Shown here one piece after another: positions 10,151 through 20,336 of a stretch of DNA of 64,000 nucleotides. This DNA comes from an uncultured delta proteobacterium. GTDB taxonomy: Bacteria; Desulfobacterota; BSN033; UBA1163. The position numbers and the translations under genes were made by a program. Under the pieces are notes generated by a model. It saw only the letters and a program-made list of their open reading frames with translations, was not told where the DNA came from and made no database searches. The first letter of the stretch is position 1. The number at the start of each line of letters is the position of its first letter. The stretch is taken from contig CAVSVC010000022.1 in assembly GCA_963731045.1 (NCBI GenBank), forward strand, positions 2,113 through 66,112, written 5' to 3'.

Positions 10151-12049
10151 ATGAACCGGGAAGAGACGCTGGAGTCTCAGGCAGGCAGCGGCAACCTGAT
10201 CAAACGCTGGGATTCTCTGGAGAAATGGGTCGCTGCCCTGATCATGTGCTTTGCACTGATCCTTTCGTTCTACAGCATCGTCGCCCGTTACGTGTTTCAC
10301 TGGTCCCTCGACTGGTCCGATGAGATCGCCGTCTACGCAATCATCTGGTCCGTCTTCTTCGGGATCAGTTCATTGATCAAGGCGGACGGCCATGTGCGGG
10401 TCGATATCCTCGTTACCCGGTTCTCACCCAGACGCCAGAGGATTCTCGACTTTTATCATACCCTTCTCGGTCTGGTTTTTGTGGCCGTCGTCGCCTGGGG
10501 AGGCTATCTCCTCGTCCAGAAGGCCTATGCCTCAGGCATCACCTCGGAAAGCCATCTGAAATTCAAGATGTATCTCCCGTTTCTCGTCATGCCCATCGGA
10601 GGGTTGCTGCTCGTATTCCGCATGGGGGAACGACTCCTGACCCTTGCCGGAATCCTGAAGGGGCAGAAGGTGTGGAGGGATCCGGCCGTCTACGGCCTCA
10701 TTGCACTCTCACTGGTCCTTGCGTTCATGCTCACGACCAGGATCGATATCACGGTGGCGCTCCTGGTGATGCTGGTCGTGATGCTCTTTCTCGGGATGCC
10801 CATCGCCTTCGGCATGGGGATTGCCTCCCTCGCCTGCCTCCTCTTCTTCAACCAGATCAAGATGGACGGCATTGCGCCCAAGATGTTCTGGAGCATCAAC
10901 AAGTTCGTTCTGATCGCAATCCCCTATTTTATTGTCGGCGGTAACCTGATGATGAAAGGGGGGCTTGCCCGCCCCCTGCTGGAACTCGGGTATGCCATCC
11001 TGAAGCGCATCGACGGCGGCCTGGCCATCGCCGTCATGTTCGCGGCAGTGGTCTTCTCGGCCATCTCAGGCGTGAGCGCCGCCCTGGCCGCGACGCTCGG
11101 GCTCATCGCCATTCCCTGGATGATGGAGAAGGGATATCCAAAGCGGTTCTGTATGGGACTCATCGGCGCAGGAGGCACGCTCGATATCCTGATTCCACCC
11201 TCATCGATTCTGATCCTCTACGGTGCTGTTTCCGGCGAATCGATCTCCGATCTCTACATTGCAGGTTTTTTCCCGGGATTTCTCCTGGGGGCGGCCATCT
11301 CCATCCAGGTGTGGCTGATCTGCAAACGCAAGAAGTACGGCCGGGCGGGCGGGGACGACCGCTTCTCCTGGAACGAGGTGGCGCAGAAGACAAAGGACTC
11401 TTTCTGGGCTCTTCTCATGCCCTTCATCGTCATGGGCGGAATCTACAGCGGGATCTTCACTGTGACCGAAGCCTCGGTCATCTCCGTTTTTTACGCCGCA
11501 ATCATCTGCTTCGCCGTCTACCGAAACATCAGCTTCAAAGGACTCGTCTCCATTCTGAACGACTCGGTCGTGCTGACGTCCATGATCTATTTCATCATCA
11601 TGACGGCAACGCTCTTCGGATTTCTCGTCACCATGGAACAACTCGCGGATCGCCTTTTGGCCCTCATGGCCGCCGTGGACATGAAGCCGTGGATGTTCCT
11701 GGCCATTATCAATCTCTCTGTTTTTGTCATGGGGATGTTCCTGACCCCGGGGTCCATCATCCTGATCGTGCTCCCCATTGTCTACCCGATCCTGGAGAAA
11801 CTGGGAATCAGCGGAATCCATTTCGGCATTCTCATGACCATCAACATGGAACTGGCCTTTCTCACGCCGCCGGTTGGAATGCACCTCTTTGTCATGAGTG
11901 CAGTCTGTAAGGAACCGGTGACGGAGGTCGTTAAGGGCGTTTTGCCTTTTCTCATCCTGCTTTTAATCGGACTCTTTGTGATCACCTACATTCCCGTGGG
12001 TCAGCTTGGTCTTCCTGGCACCGGGGAAGTAGCGGACCAGCGTCAGTGA
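10151..12049 (+). CDS. dctQM: TRAP transporter fused small+large permease (DctQ-DctM fusion)
   Basis: Intact 632-aa polytopic ORF. The N-terminal ~175 aa are DctQ-like (4 TM; WSDEIAVY..ADGHVRVDIL) and the remainder is DctM-like (12 TM). Confidence 0.9.
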   Translation: MNREETLESQAGSGNLIKRWDSLEKWVAALIMCFALILSFYSIVARYVFHWSLDWSDEIAVYAIIWSVFFGISSLIKADGHVRVDILVTRFSPRRQRILDFYHTLLGLVFVAVVAWGGYLLVQKAYASGITSESHLKFKMYLPFLVMPIGGLLLVFRMGERLLTLAGILKGQKVWRDPAVYGLIALSLVLAFMLTTRIDITVALLVMLVVMLFLGMPIAFGMGIASLACLLFFNQIKMDGIAPKMFWSINKFVLIAIPYFIVGGNLMMKGGLARPLLELGYAILKRIDGGLAIAVMFAAVVFSAISGVSAALAATLGLIAIPWMMEKGYPKRFCMGLIGAGGTLDILIPPSSILILYGAVSGESISDLYIAGFFPGFLLGAAISIQVWLICKRKKYGRAGGDDRFSWNEVAQKTKDSFWALLMPFIVMGGIYSGIFTVTEASVISVFYAAIICFAVYRNISFKGLVSILNDSVVLTSMIYFIIMTATLFGFLVTMEQLADRLLALMAAVDMKPWMFLAIINLSVFVMGMFLTPGSIILIVLPIVYPILEKLGISGIHFGILMTINMELAFLTPPVGMHLFVMSAVCKEPVTEVVKGVLPFLILLLIGLFVITYIPVGQLGLPGTGEVADQRQ

Positions 12050-12082
12050 CGATTGGCAACTCCTTCACTGACCGAGGTACCT

Positions 12083-13204
12083 ATGAAAAATGACTCTGTG
12101 AAAGTGGCCAAAGCGATAGACCTGTTGAAACGAAGAAGACTTGAACGGGCTCATCATCTTTTCAGACGGGCTGTCAAGCCTCCTGCGGCCCGCCTACCTC
12201 CATTACTTCTCGGAATTCAAACCTCTCGGTTCGAGAAATGCGGTCATCCTTGCCCGGTCAGGCAAGGTCGCCCTCGTCCTGGAGCCGGCCTGGGATGCTC
12301 CCGGGCTTCTCAAAAGACCTGGATTCACGATGTGCGGGGAAGCTCTCATTTCGTCAAGGACCTGGTCAAAATCATCGAGGAGTTCCATCTCAAAGGACCG
12401 GTCGGGGTGGCCGGACTCCAGGAGATGAAGGAGGACGTTTATCTTGCGTCTAAAGAGAAGAGTCGAGATTGACGCCGGCCGATGAGATCATCGAGGAGAT
12501 GGTCAGAGAAAAGGGCGAGAAGGAACTGGCCGCTGTCAGAAAGGCCTCCCGCATCGCGGATATCGGGGCAAAGGCGTTCCTCGATTATGCGCGGGTCGGG
12601 GTCCGTGAGTATGAGCTCGTGGCCGAAATGGAGTACGCCATGCGCTCCGCAGGGGCGGACGACATCTTTCTCCTCCTGAGTTCCGGCAAGCATAATCGGG
12701 AGATGCATGAGCCGACGGATCGGAGGCTCGAAAGAGGAGATATCGTCATCGGGGAGATCACCCCCGGCTGCGACGGTCAGTTCATTCAACTCTGCAGGAC
12801 GGTCGTGATCGGAAAGCCAAACGCTGTTCTCGTCGAAAAATACGACATGCTGATTCGCGCCCTGAACGCGTCTCTCAGGAGAGATCAGGTCCGGTGCTCC
12901 GGCCTCCATCCTTGACGATCGCCATGAATCGGGTGATCAGCGACGCAGGTTATGCCCAGTACTGTGCGGCCACCGTACATGCGTTCCAGGGGGCATGGCT
13001 TTGCAGTTGGCTCGATTGCCCCGGGAGGAGAGATCGATGACAAGATGAAGGTCAATCTGGAGAAGTACCAGGTGATCGCCGTCCATCCTAACCAGTATAT
13101 CCCGGAAACAGGGTACCTGGCCTGCGGGGAGACCGATTCTCGTGACGGATACAGGCGCCGAGCGGCTGAGCGAGACGGAGACAAAACTCTACGAATCGGT
13201 GTAG
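12083..13204 (+). pseudogene. M24-family peptidase / creatinase-prolidase-like hydrolase (copy 1), multiple frameshifts
   Basis: Pieces in three frames. Creatinase-N-like: LLKRRRLNGLIIFSDG..AVILARSGKVALV. M24 core: EKELAAVRKASRIADIGAKAF..VREYELVAEMEYAMRSAGADD..GDIVIGEITPGCDGQF, GHGFAVGSIAPGGE, and TDTGAERLSE..LYESV*. Confidence 0.75.
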
Positions 13205-13223
13205 CCTTCGGACGATCCGGATG

Positions 13224-13265
13224 TGTTTCGAGCTTCGAAATTCGAATTTCGGATTTCAGAATTTG
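13224..13265. repeat. Heptamer-periodic degenerate tandem repeat (tttcgag cttcgaa attcgaa tttcgga tttcaga atttgtg)
   Basis: Read directly from the sequence. It sits in the spacer between the two M24 genes. A related ttcgaatttcgaaat occurs at 25124-25140. Confidence 0.55.
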
Positions 13266-13277
13266 TGAGGGGTGACC

Positions 13278-14443
13278 ATGGAAACAATGCAACCTGATTT
13301 GAAGAATGGCCGGAATACGTGGGACAGGATCAATATGCCGGAGGCGGAATTCCAGGACCGCGTCAATAAGAATTCGAAAAGAGATGAAGAGAGAGACGGC
13401 TGGATCTTCTCCTCCTCTATGGAAACGGATATGATGATTACGGGAATTATTCCTATGTCTGAGTAATTACGTTATTCGCTTGGCCCGCGGGGCGCTCCTC
13501 GTTCTGCTGCCCGTCAAGGGAGAACCTGCGCTGATCTTTGAAGGGGCCTCACGAGGGGAATCCCGTCGGTCAGGAAGATCGACCTGGATCCAGGAGATCA
13601 GAGCGGGCGCAGACGCCTCAAAGGAATGTGTGAAGTATCTCGATGAGAAGAAACTGGCGCGGTCGACCGTCGGGCTCATTGGGGTCAAGATCTATGATGC
13701 CACACGATCAACTCCAGTTTCTCCGTGATTCGCTGAAAGGATCGAAACTCCTCGATGTGGACCCCTTCTGGAAGGAGACTGCGGATGGTGAAATCCTCAA
13801 CGTGAGATCGACCAGGTCCGACGGGCAGCCCGAATTCTTTCCCGGGCCTTGACGGTGCTCTCCGAAACGTCTTTTTCGGAGGTCAACGAAAAGACCCTTG
13901 AAGGGCACTCTCTACCGGGAGGCCCGTATCGAGGGTGCCGAGGACTTCCGCGTGATGATCTCGAGACCGAAGAAGGACCAGGGCGATCTTCGACCCCCTG
14001 AGGAGGGGTCAAATCTCCTCTCCGGAGAAACGGTCGCCCTCTTTCTTGCGGTGGAATTTGAACGCTACTGGGCCGAAGCGATTCGAACTTTCGTCGTGAA
14101 GGACAGTGCTCTCGTGCCAGTCGAGCGGAGGATTTCAACACCCGTTACGCGAAGATGATCGGAGCTTCTGAGGTCCGGAAAGAAGCGCCTCTCAATTCTA
14201 CAGGGAGGCCCGTGCCCAAATCCGGAAGGAGAAGCTCGAAATCCTGTCTGACTATGGATTGGGACAGGGGATCGGTTTGAGCCCCCGGGAGTCCCCTTCC
14301 CTCTGCCAAAGACGATCAGACCCCTCTAAGGGAAGGGATGTGCCTGACCGTTCGTCTGCTACGAAGGATGAAGGCCCTGGGAGCGAGGATGACTGGAAAT
14401 ACCCTGCTTCTGACGAAGAACGGGCCCGGAGGTGTTGATTTGA
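13278..14443 (+). pseudogene. M24-family peptidase / creatinase-prolidase-like hydrolase (copy 2), multiple frameshifts
   Basis: Starts METMQPDL..EFQDRVNKIRKEM. Further pieces: LDLLLLYGNGYDDYGNYSYVSNY, REIDQVRRAARI, ARIEGAEDFRVMIS, YWAEAIRTFVV, LGQGIGLSPRESP, and a tail ..TLLLTKNGPEVLI* ending at 14443. At least six frame changes. Confidence 0.7.
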
Positions 14444-14457
14444 AGAAGGAGCCGTCA

Positions 14458-16095
14458 ATGAAGACGATCCATCCTCGGACCAAGAAGTGCGACGTTCTGG
14501 TCATCGGAGGGGGAGGCGCCGGTGCCCTTGCCGCCCTCGAGGCCATCGAGAGACGAGAAGCTTCATGTCCTCCTTCTGAGCAAGGGCCCGATCGGGAAGA
14601 GTGGACTGACACCGACCGCCAATGGCGGGACGGCCGGGGCCGGGTCCGAGGAAGATCTCTTCAGGCTCATGATCACCACCGGGCGTTTCCTGAACGACCA
14701 GGATGTTGCCTGGTTTATGGTCAACGAGATCAAGAATGCTCTGCAGAGGCTGAAAGAGATGGATATCCCGGTGGTGCCGCTCCGCGCCAGGTCGGTTTGC
14801 GTCCAGAGCACGGAGACACTGCAGAAACTCCGGTCCCATATCGTCAGCAAATCGAACATCGAACTGAGAGAAGAGGTCCTTGTGACCCGCCTTTTCACCT
14901 CCAAGGGTTCTCGTTTCGGGGCAGCGGCCCTCGATCTTGTCACTGGAGAACTCTTGGCCGTGGAGGCCAGGGCGGTCGTTCTGGCCACGGGAGGGAGCAC
15001 AGGGGAACTCTATCCTCACACGAGCAACAATCCCTTCGGCGTGTCGACCGATGCCACGGGAACCGGCCATGTGATGGCCTATCGGGCCGGGGCGGACTTG
15101 ATTGATATGGAGATGATCCAGTTCGTTCCTCTCCCGGCCATACCCAGGGGCCTTTATATCCGGTACTTCCCCGAATTCTGGGCAGGCCCCTATCGGAACC
15201 GCTCAGGCGAGATCGTTGAGGACGACATTTCCCGGTATCCGGCTGCCTCCTATTCCGCAGAACTCGTTCAGAAGCTCTTTCTTCGAAATCGAGAAGGGGA
15301 ATGGCCCCATCTTCGTCGACCAGCGGTCGAGTGCGGCAATCGACGCGAAACTCCTGATCAAAGCCTGGGAGCAGAGACGGCAGCTTATCAAATCGCTCGG
15401 GCATCGACCCCCGGGAGAACAGGATTGAAATTGTCCTCGGCTCCCATTTCAGCATGGGAGGAGTGAGAGTGAATGCAAGAACGGAGACAACCGTTCCCGG
15501 GCTTTTTGCGTCCGGCGAAATGATGGGTGCGGTTCACGGTGCCTGCAGGCTCTCGGGCTACAGCTTTTCGCAGATGATTGTCTTCGGTTTCGAGGCAGGA
15601 AAATGGGCGGCCGACCTATGCGCGGAGGCGGGCAAAGAGGGTCTGATTCCCAAGGACGAGAGTTGAAGACGAGGAGAAGCAGTCTCCGGCACGGTTTATG
15701 GAGCCGAAAGAGGAGCCTCTCTCCGTGAAACCCTTAAGGACCGTCTGAAGCAGGTGATGGAGCGCCATGTCTTCGTGGTCCGCAACAGAGAAGGTCTCAA
15801 CCAGGGCAGTCCGTGAAATTGACGCCATCGAAGGAGACATCGCACGCATCCAGGTGCCTCCTTTCCTGAGGTTCAACCTGGAATGGAAGAGGGCCATCGA
15901 ATTCCCATTGATGGTCGAGGCCGCACGGATCGCCGCCTCTGTCGGCCCTGGAACGGGAGGAAAGCCGCGGCAGCCATTATCGATCCGATTTCCCCTCTGA
16001 GAACAATGCGACGATGGCTTCGACACACCCGTGCCCGGCGTGATTCAGGGATATGCTGACGATCGGGTCGTTTCCGGTGGAACTGCCTCACCTGA
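14458..16095 (+). pseudogene. FAD-dependent oxidoreductase of the succinate dehydrogenase / fumarate reductase / aspartate oxidase flavoprotein family, several frameshifts; 3' end uncertain
   Basis: GAAGGAG precedes ATG 14458. Motifs seen: [20 protein letters not shown] (GxGxxG), [42 protein letters not shown], and ESRGSHYRSDFP. The tail occupies three frames, with candidate stops between about 16070 and 16110. Confidence 0.75.
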
Positions 16096-16111
16096 AGCCG
16101 GAGGACTGCCG

Positions 16112-16428
16112 ATGGCTGAGGTCGTTACCGCCCTCGTTTTCAGATACGACCCGGACCATGATCGTCAGCCACGGTATCAGGAGTACCGGGTGGACGTTGC
16201 CGAGGAAATGTCCGTCCTGGTTCTCCTGAACAGAATTCAGACTGAGATCGACCCGACCTGAGCTTCAGGAGTTTCTGCTGCGGCCTGCAGATGTGCGGGT
16301 CCTGTCTGGTCAGAATCGATCACAAGAGGAGGTTTGCCTGCCTGACGCTCGTCAAACCCGGGGAGACGGTCACGGTAGAACCACCCACATACCCTGACGG
16401 TCATATCAAGGATCTGGTATCCCAAATG
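16112..16428 (+). pseudogene. Small 2Fe-2S ferredoxin-like subunit (SdhB/FrdB N-terminal domain type), one frameshift; end uncertain
   Basis: GGAGGA precedes ATG 16112. It reads MAEVVTALVFRYDPDHDRQPRYQEYRVDV..LLNRIQTEIDPT, then a 1-nt slip at about 16258, then LSFRSFCCGLQMCGSCLVRIDHKRRFAC. Confidence 0.6.
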
Positions 16429-16446
16429 ACTCTACAAGGAGCAAGA

Positions 16447-17718
16447 ATGAAGATGACGATGGTCGAAAAGATACTGGCGAGGGCTTCCGGACGGGATAAG
16501 GTCTTGCCCGGCAACTATGTCACAGCAAGAATCGATGTGGCCATGATGCCCGAGAATTTTCGAATGCTTCGAGCCATTCTCGAAAGGGGCCGGGATACGC
16601 GAGGAGGATTATCGATTGTGGGATCCCGAGCGAGTGGTGGCTGTGATCGATCACAGGGTTCCCCCGGCGGATCTCACCGCTGCCGAGAGCTCAGAAACTG
16701 AGTCGCGATATTGCTCGAACCTTGCAGCCCAAGTACTTCTATGATGTCTTCTCAGGCATCTGTCATCAGGTGATGGTCGAGAAGGGTCATGCCAGACCCG
16801 GAGAGCTGGTCGTCGGGGCCGACTCCCATACGACCACCTACGGGGCGCTCAACACCGCTTCAACGGGGATCGGAGCATCGGAAATGGCCTACGTCCTCCA
16901 CACCGGGGAACTCTGGTTCAGAGTCCCTGAGACGATTCAGTTCGAGATCAAAGGCAGGTTGCCGGATTATGTCTATTCGAAGGACCTCATTCTCTATATT
17001 GCCGGAAAGTACGGAACGGAGATCGCCCAGTACAAAGCCATCGAGTGGACAGGACCGGTGATCGACGCTATGAGCATCGATGGCAGATTGACCATGGGGA
17101 ACATGTCTGTTGAACTCGGCGCCAAGTTCGGCCTCTTCCGTGCTGACCAGAAAACGATTGACTTTGTGAAGGCCCGGACGGATAAGCCTTTTACACCGGT
17201 GGAAAGCGACCCGGACGCCGTCTATGCTGAAAGCTACGTTATCTCGGGATCTGATATCGAACCCCAGGTCGCCCTCCCCCACAACGTGGGCAACGCGGTC
17301 AAGGCTTCCGAAGTGAAGGACATCAAGATCGATCAGGCGGTGATCGCATCCTGCTGCCATGGACGGAATGGAAGACCTTGAAATTGCCGTCTGCATGCTT
17401 AAAGGGAAGAAAGTCCATCCCGGCGTGAGGCTTTATGTTGCCCCGGCCTCCTGGGAGGTTTACAGAGAGGCCATGCAGAAAGGCCTTCTGAGCGCAACTG
17501 CTCGATGCAGGAGCCATGATCGGCAACCCCACCTGCGGCTTCTGCACGGGCCTCCAGGGAGTCTTGGCCGCCGGGGAGAAATGCATTGCGGCCGCCCCGC
17601 GGAATTTCAAAGGGTAGGATGGGAAGTCCCGATGCCGAGATCTATCTGGCCTCCCCTGCCACGGTGGCAGCTTCCGCGGTCACGGGGAAAGATCGTTGAC
17701 CCGAGAGAGGTGATGTAA
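16447..17718 (+). pseudogene. Aconitase-family dehydratase large subunit (LeuC-like, second copy), several frameshifts
   Basis: AAGGAG precedes ATG 16447. Blocks seen: MKMTMVEKILARASG..ARIDVAMMPENF, GADSHTTTYGALN, IASC.NGRMEDL, and CGFCTG..SPATVAASAVTGKIVDPREVM*. These are spread over track ORFs 16291.., 16722.. and 17359... Confidence 0.8.
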
Positions 17719-18295
17719 ATGGCACAAGATCAAAGGAAGAGTGAGAAAATTCGGCGACAATATCGATACCGATACCATTGCACCGGGTCCAAGTCTGTTG
17801 CTCCCCATGGACGAGATGAAGAAACATGCCTTTTCTCCGGTTATTCCGGATTTTTATAAAACCGTGAGCGAGGGGGATATTCTTGTGGCGGGAAACAATT
17901 TCGGCTGCGGGTCGAGTCGGGAGCAGGCCGCCTCCGTGGTCAAAGCCCTGGGATTCCGATATGTCGTATGCGAATCGATGGCCAAGATCTTTCTCCGGAA
18001 CTGCGTCGGCCTCGGTATCTACCCCATCCTCGCAAAGGGCGCCAGCCAAATCTTCGAGGAAGGCGACGATATCGAGATCGATCTCGATCATGGAGAGGTG
18101 AGGAACGTGCGGAGCGGTGAAAGAGCCTCTTTCGAACCGCTGTCCGGTACGCCCCTGGAAGTTCTGGAGTCGGGTGGTATCCTTCAAGTTCTGAAGAAGA
18201 GAATTGAGCAGGAGAAAGAGTCCTCCGGGAAAGGATCAGTGATCAGTAAGCAGAAGGCAGAAAAGGAAAGACAGTTATCAGTGACAGTCCAGTGA
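17719..18295 (+). pseudogene. Aconitase-family dehydratase small subunit (LeuD-like, second copy), N-terminal frameshift; C-terminal tail runs into a heptamer repeat
   Basis: ATG 17719 sits in a TAAATG junction with the upstream stop. The frame then changes into track ORF 17741..18295, which carries FGDNIDTDTI, GNNFGCGSSREQA and IEIDLDHGEVRNV. Confidence 0.8.
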
Positions 18296-18300
18296 TCAGC
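18234..18300. repeat. Heptamer-periodic degenerate tandem repeat (atcagtg atcagta agcagaa ggcagaa aaggaaa gacagtt atcagtg acagtcc agtgatc)
   Basis: Read directly from the sequence. It covers the last ~20 codons and the stop of the LeuD-like gene. Confidence 0.5.
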
Positions 18301-18375
18301 AACCCCTTGTCTGATTCATGACAGAATGCCGGCGCCTGATTGCGGCACCGCAAAAAACAGATGGAGGAGTCCAGT

Positions 18376-19371
18376 ATGAAAATCGATATCTTCACCCATG
18401 TCCTCTTAGAGAAGTTTAAGGAAGGGTTCTACAGGTATGCCGATCGGTTTCCGACCGAGAAGAGGGTCCAGGAGAAACGCCACGTCCTTACGGACAAAGA
18501 GGCGAGGCTTCAGAAGCTTGAGCCCTACGATGATCTGGCTCCAGGTCCTGTCGACGACCATGCCCCCTCTTGAAGAGGTGATGGGCCCCCAGGAGGCGGC
18601 CGATCTGGCGAAGCTCTGCAACGATGAGATGGCCGAGATGGTGGCGGCCAACCCAAAGAGATATATCGCCGCGATCGCCAACCTGCCGCTCAACAACATG
18701 GATAAGGCCCTTAAGGAAGCGGAACGGGCCATAAAAGAGCTGGGCTTCAAGGGGATCCAGATCTACACGCGCCTCAACGGCAGAGCCCCGAGCACGGACG
18801 AACTGATGCCTCTTATACGAACTGATGGTTGGCTTCGATCTGCCGATCTGGATCCATCCCGATGCGGGGTTCGGAACAGCCTGACTATTCTGCTGAGACC
18901 GTTTCACACCATCAGCTTTTCTCTATTTTTGGGTGGCCCTATGATACGACCGCGGCAATGGTGCATCTCGTCTTCGCCGGGATCTTCGAGAAGTTCCCGA
19001 CCATCAAGTTCATCACTCATCACTGCGGGGGTATGGTCCCCTTCTTTGCCGACAGGCTTGTCGTTCACTACAACAACGGCCTCGAACGTCTCGGCGCCAA
19101 GCATTTTCCCGGCCTCACGAAACACCCGGTGGACTATCTCCGCATGTTCTATGCCGATACCGCGCTCAACGGCAATCCGTCCGCCCTCCGCTGCGGACTT
19201 GAATTCTTCGGAGAGGACCATCTCCTCTTCGGCACGGACCTGCCCTTCGATGTGGAAAACGGGGGCGTTTCGATCAGGGATACGATCAAGGCCATCGACG
19301 CGATGGGGGTAGCGGAATCCGTGAGGAAGAAGATTTACGAAGGGAATGCGCGGAGGCTACTGCATCTATAA
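18376..19371 (+). pseudogene. Amidohydrolase-2 (ACMSD-type) family protein, about two frameshifts
   Basis: GGAGGAG precedes ATG 18376. Blocks seen: MKIDIFTHVL, NLPLNNMDKALKEAERAIKELGFKGIQIY, LPIWIHP, FGWPYDTTAAMVHLVFAGIFEKFP..ITHHCGG, and LLFGTDLPFD. Confidence 0.8.
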
Positions 19372-19508
19372 TGCAGAATAGCCTTGTATTCGTGAGCGTA
19401 CCTCCGCATGTTGGGAATTCCATGGTAGAAACAGATACGGCGGGATACCCACCTCTCGGGGGATCCCCCGCTTTCTGCGATATACGTCAGTCTTGCTAGC
19501 CGTGCCGG

Positions 19509-20336
19509 CTAAGCCTTCCAGATGGCGATGTCGCCTACATTGATGTCTTTCTTCGTCACGTCTACCGGACCGAACTTCTGGGCCAGGTACCCGGGCTTTT
19601 CGATCAACAGCGTGTAGACACCGTCTTTGAGACCCCTCAGCCAGAAGTCGCCGTAGCTGTCGCTTACGGCCTGGAACTTCTGCCCGGTCTCGTTGTTCGT
19701 CGCCGTGATGGTGGCCCCTTCGGCACACTCATCCAACTCCTGATCGAGCAGGGCGCCTGCGATGAACTTCTTGGGCAGGCCGATGTAGTATACCCGCGGC
19801 TTCACGTGAGCCAGCGCCGGTTTCAGGGGCTCCGCCTTGGCGATGAGGTCCTTCAGATCCTCTTCTTCGCCGAAGGTGAAGGCGCCGGTGGGACAGGCAT
19901 CGACGCAGCGGGGTTCTTTCCAGCCCTTATCCAGCAGGTGCGCGCAGAACGTGCACTTCTGGGCGATGTTGAGCGCATCATTGAAGTAGATGATGTTCTC
20001 GTACGGGCAGGCCGCGATGCACATCTTGTTGCCGCGACACTTATCGGGGTCGATGATGACGGCCCCATCGTCCCGCTTGTAGATCGCCTTGACATTGCAC
20101 GCCGGTATACAGGGCGCATCGTCACAGTGCTGGCAGATGCTGTGCTCGTAGGTGACCATGACCTTGGGAACCTGGCCGCGGACGTTATCGTAGACCTTGT
20201 TCCAGAACTGTCCGGTGTCGGGCTGCGGCTTCGCGATAGGCGACCAGTCATTGGCCACATGCTCGTCCTTGCAGGCCACCTGGCAGTTGTAGCAGCCGTT
20301 GCAGATGTCGTAGTTGATGATCAGGACCTTACTCAT
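19509..20336 (-). CDS. Fe-S (three to four [4Fe-4S] motifs) beta subunit of a DMSO-reductase-family molybdoenzyme, with a C-terminal CarboxypepD_reg/Ig-like beta-barrel domain. It resembles the pyrogallol-phloroglucinol transhydroxylase small subunit.
   Basis: Intact 275-aa ORF with CNGCYNCQVAC, CQHCDDAPC, CRGNKMCIAACP and CTFCAH..RCVDACP. The C-terminal ~80 aa read TITATNNETGQKF..DSYGDFWLRGLKDGVYTLLIEKPGY. The start overlaps the alpha stop as TAATG. Confidence 0.9.
   Translation of the reverse strand: MSKVLIINYDICNGCYNCQVACKDEHVANDWSPIAKPQPDTGQFWNKVYDNVRGQVPKVMVTYEHSICQHCDDAPCIPACNVKAIYKRDDGAVIIDPDKCRGNKMCIAACPYENIIYFNDALNIAQKCTFCAHLLDKGWKEPRCVDACPTGAFTFGEEEDLKDLIAKAEPLKPALAHVKPRVYYIGLPKKFIAGALLDQELDECAEGATITATNNETGQKFQAVSDSYGDFWLRGLKDGVYTLLIEKPGYLAQKFGPVDVTKKDINVGDIAIWKA

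Noticed and set aside
16291-16701. An apparent in-frame fusion of the 2Fe-2S subunit with the second LeuC-like protein. ORF 16291..16701 runs through both.
   Set aside because: An AAGGAG RBS and ATG at 16447 begin a typical LeuC N-terminus (MKMTMVEKILARASG). An alternative frame gives a stop at about 16428. The area is riddled with indels, so a missed stop is more likely than a real fusion.
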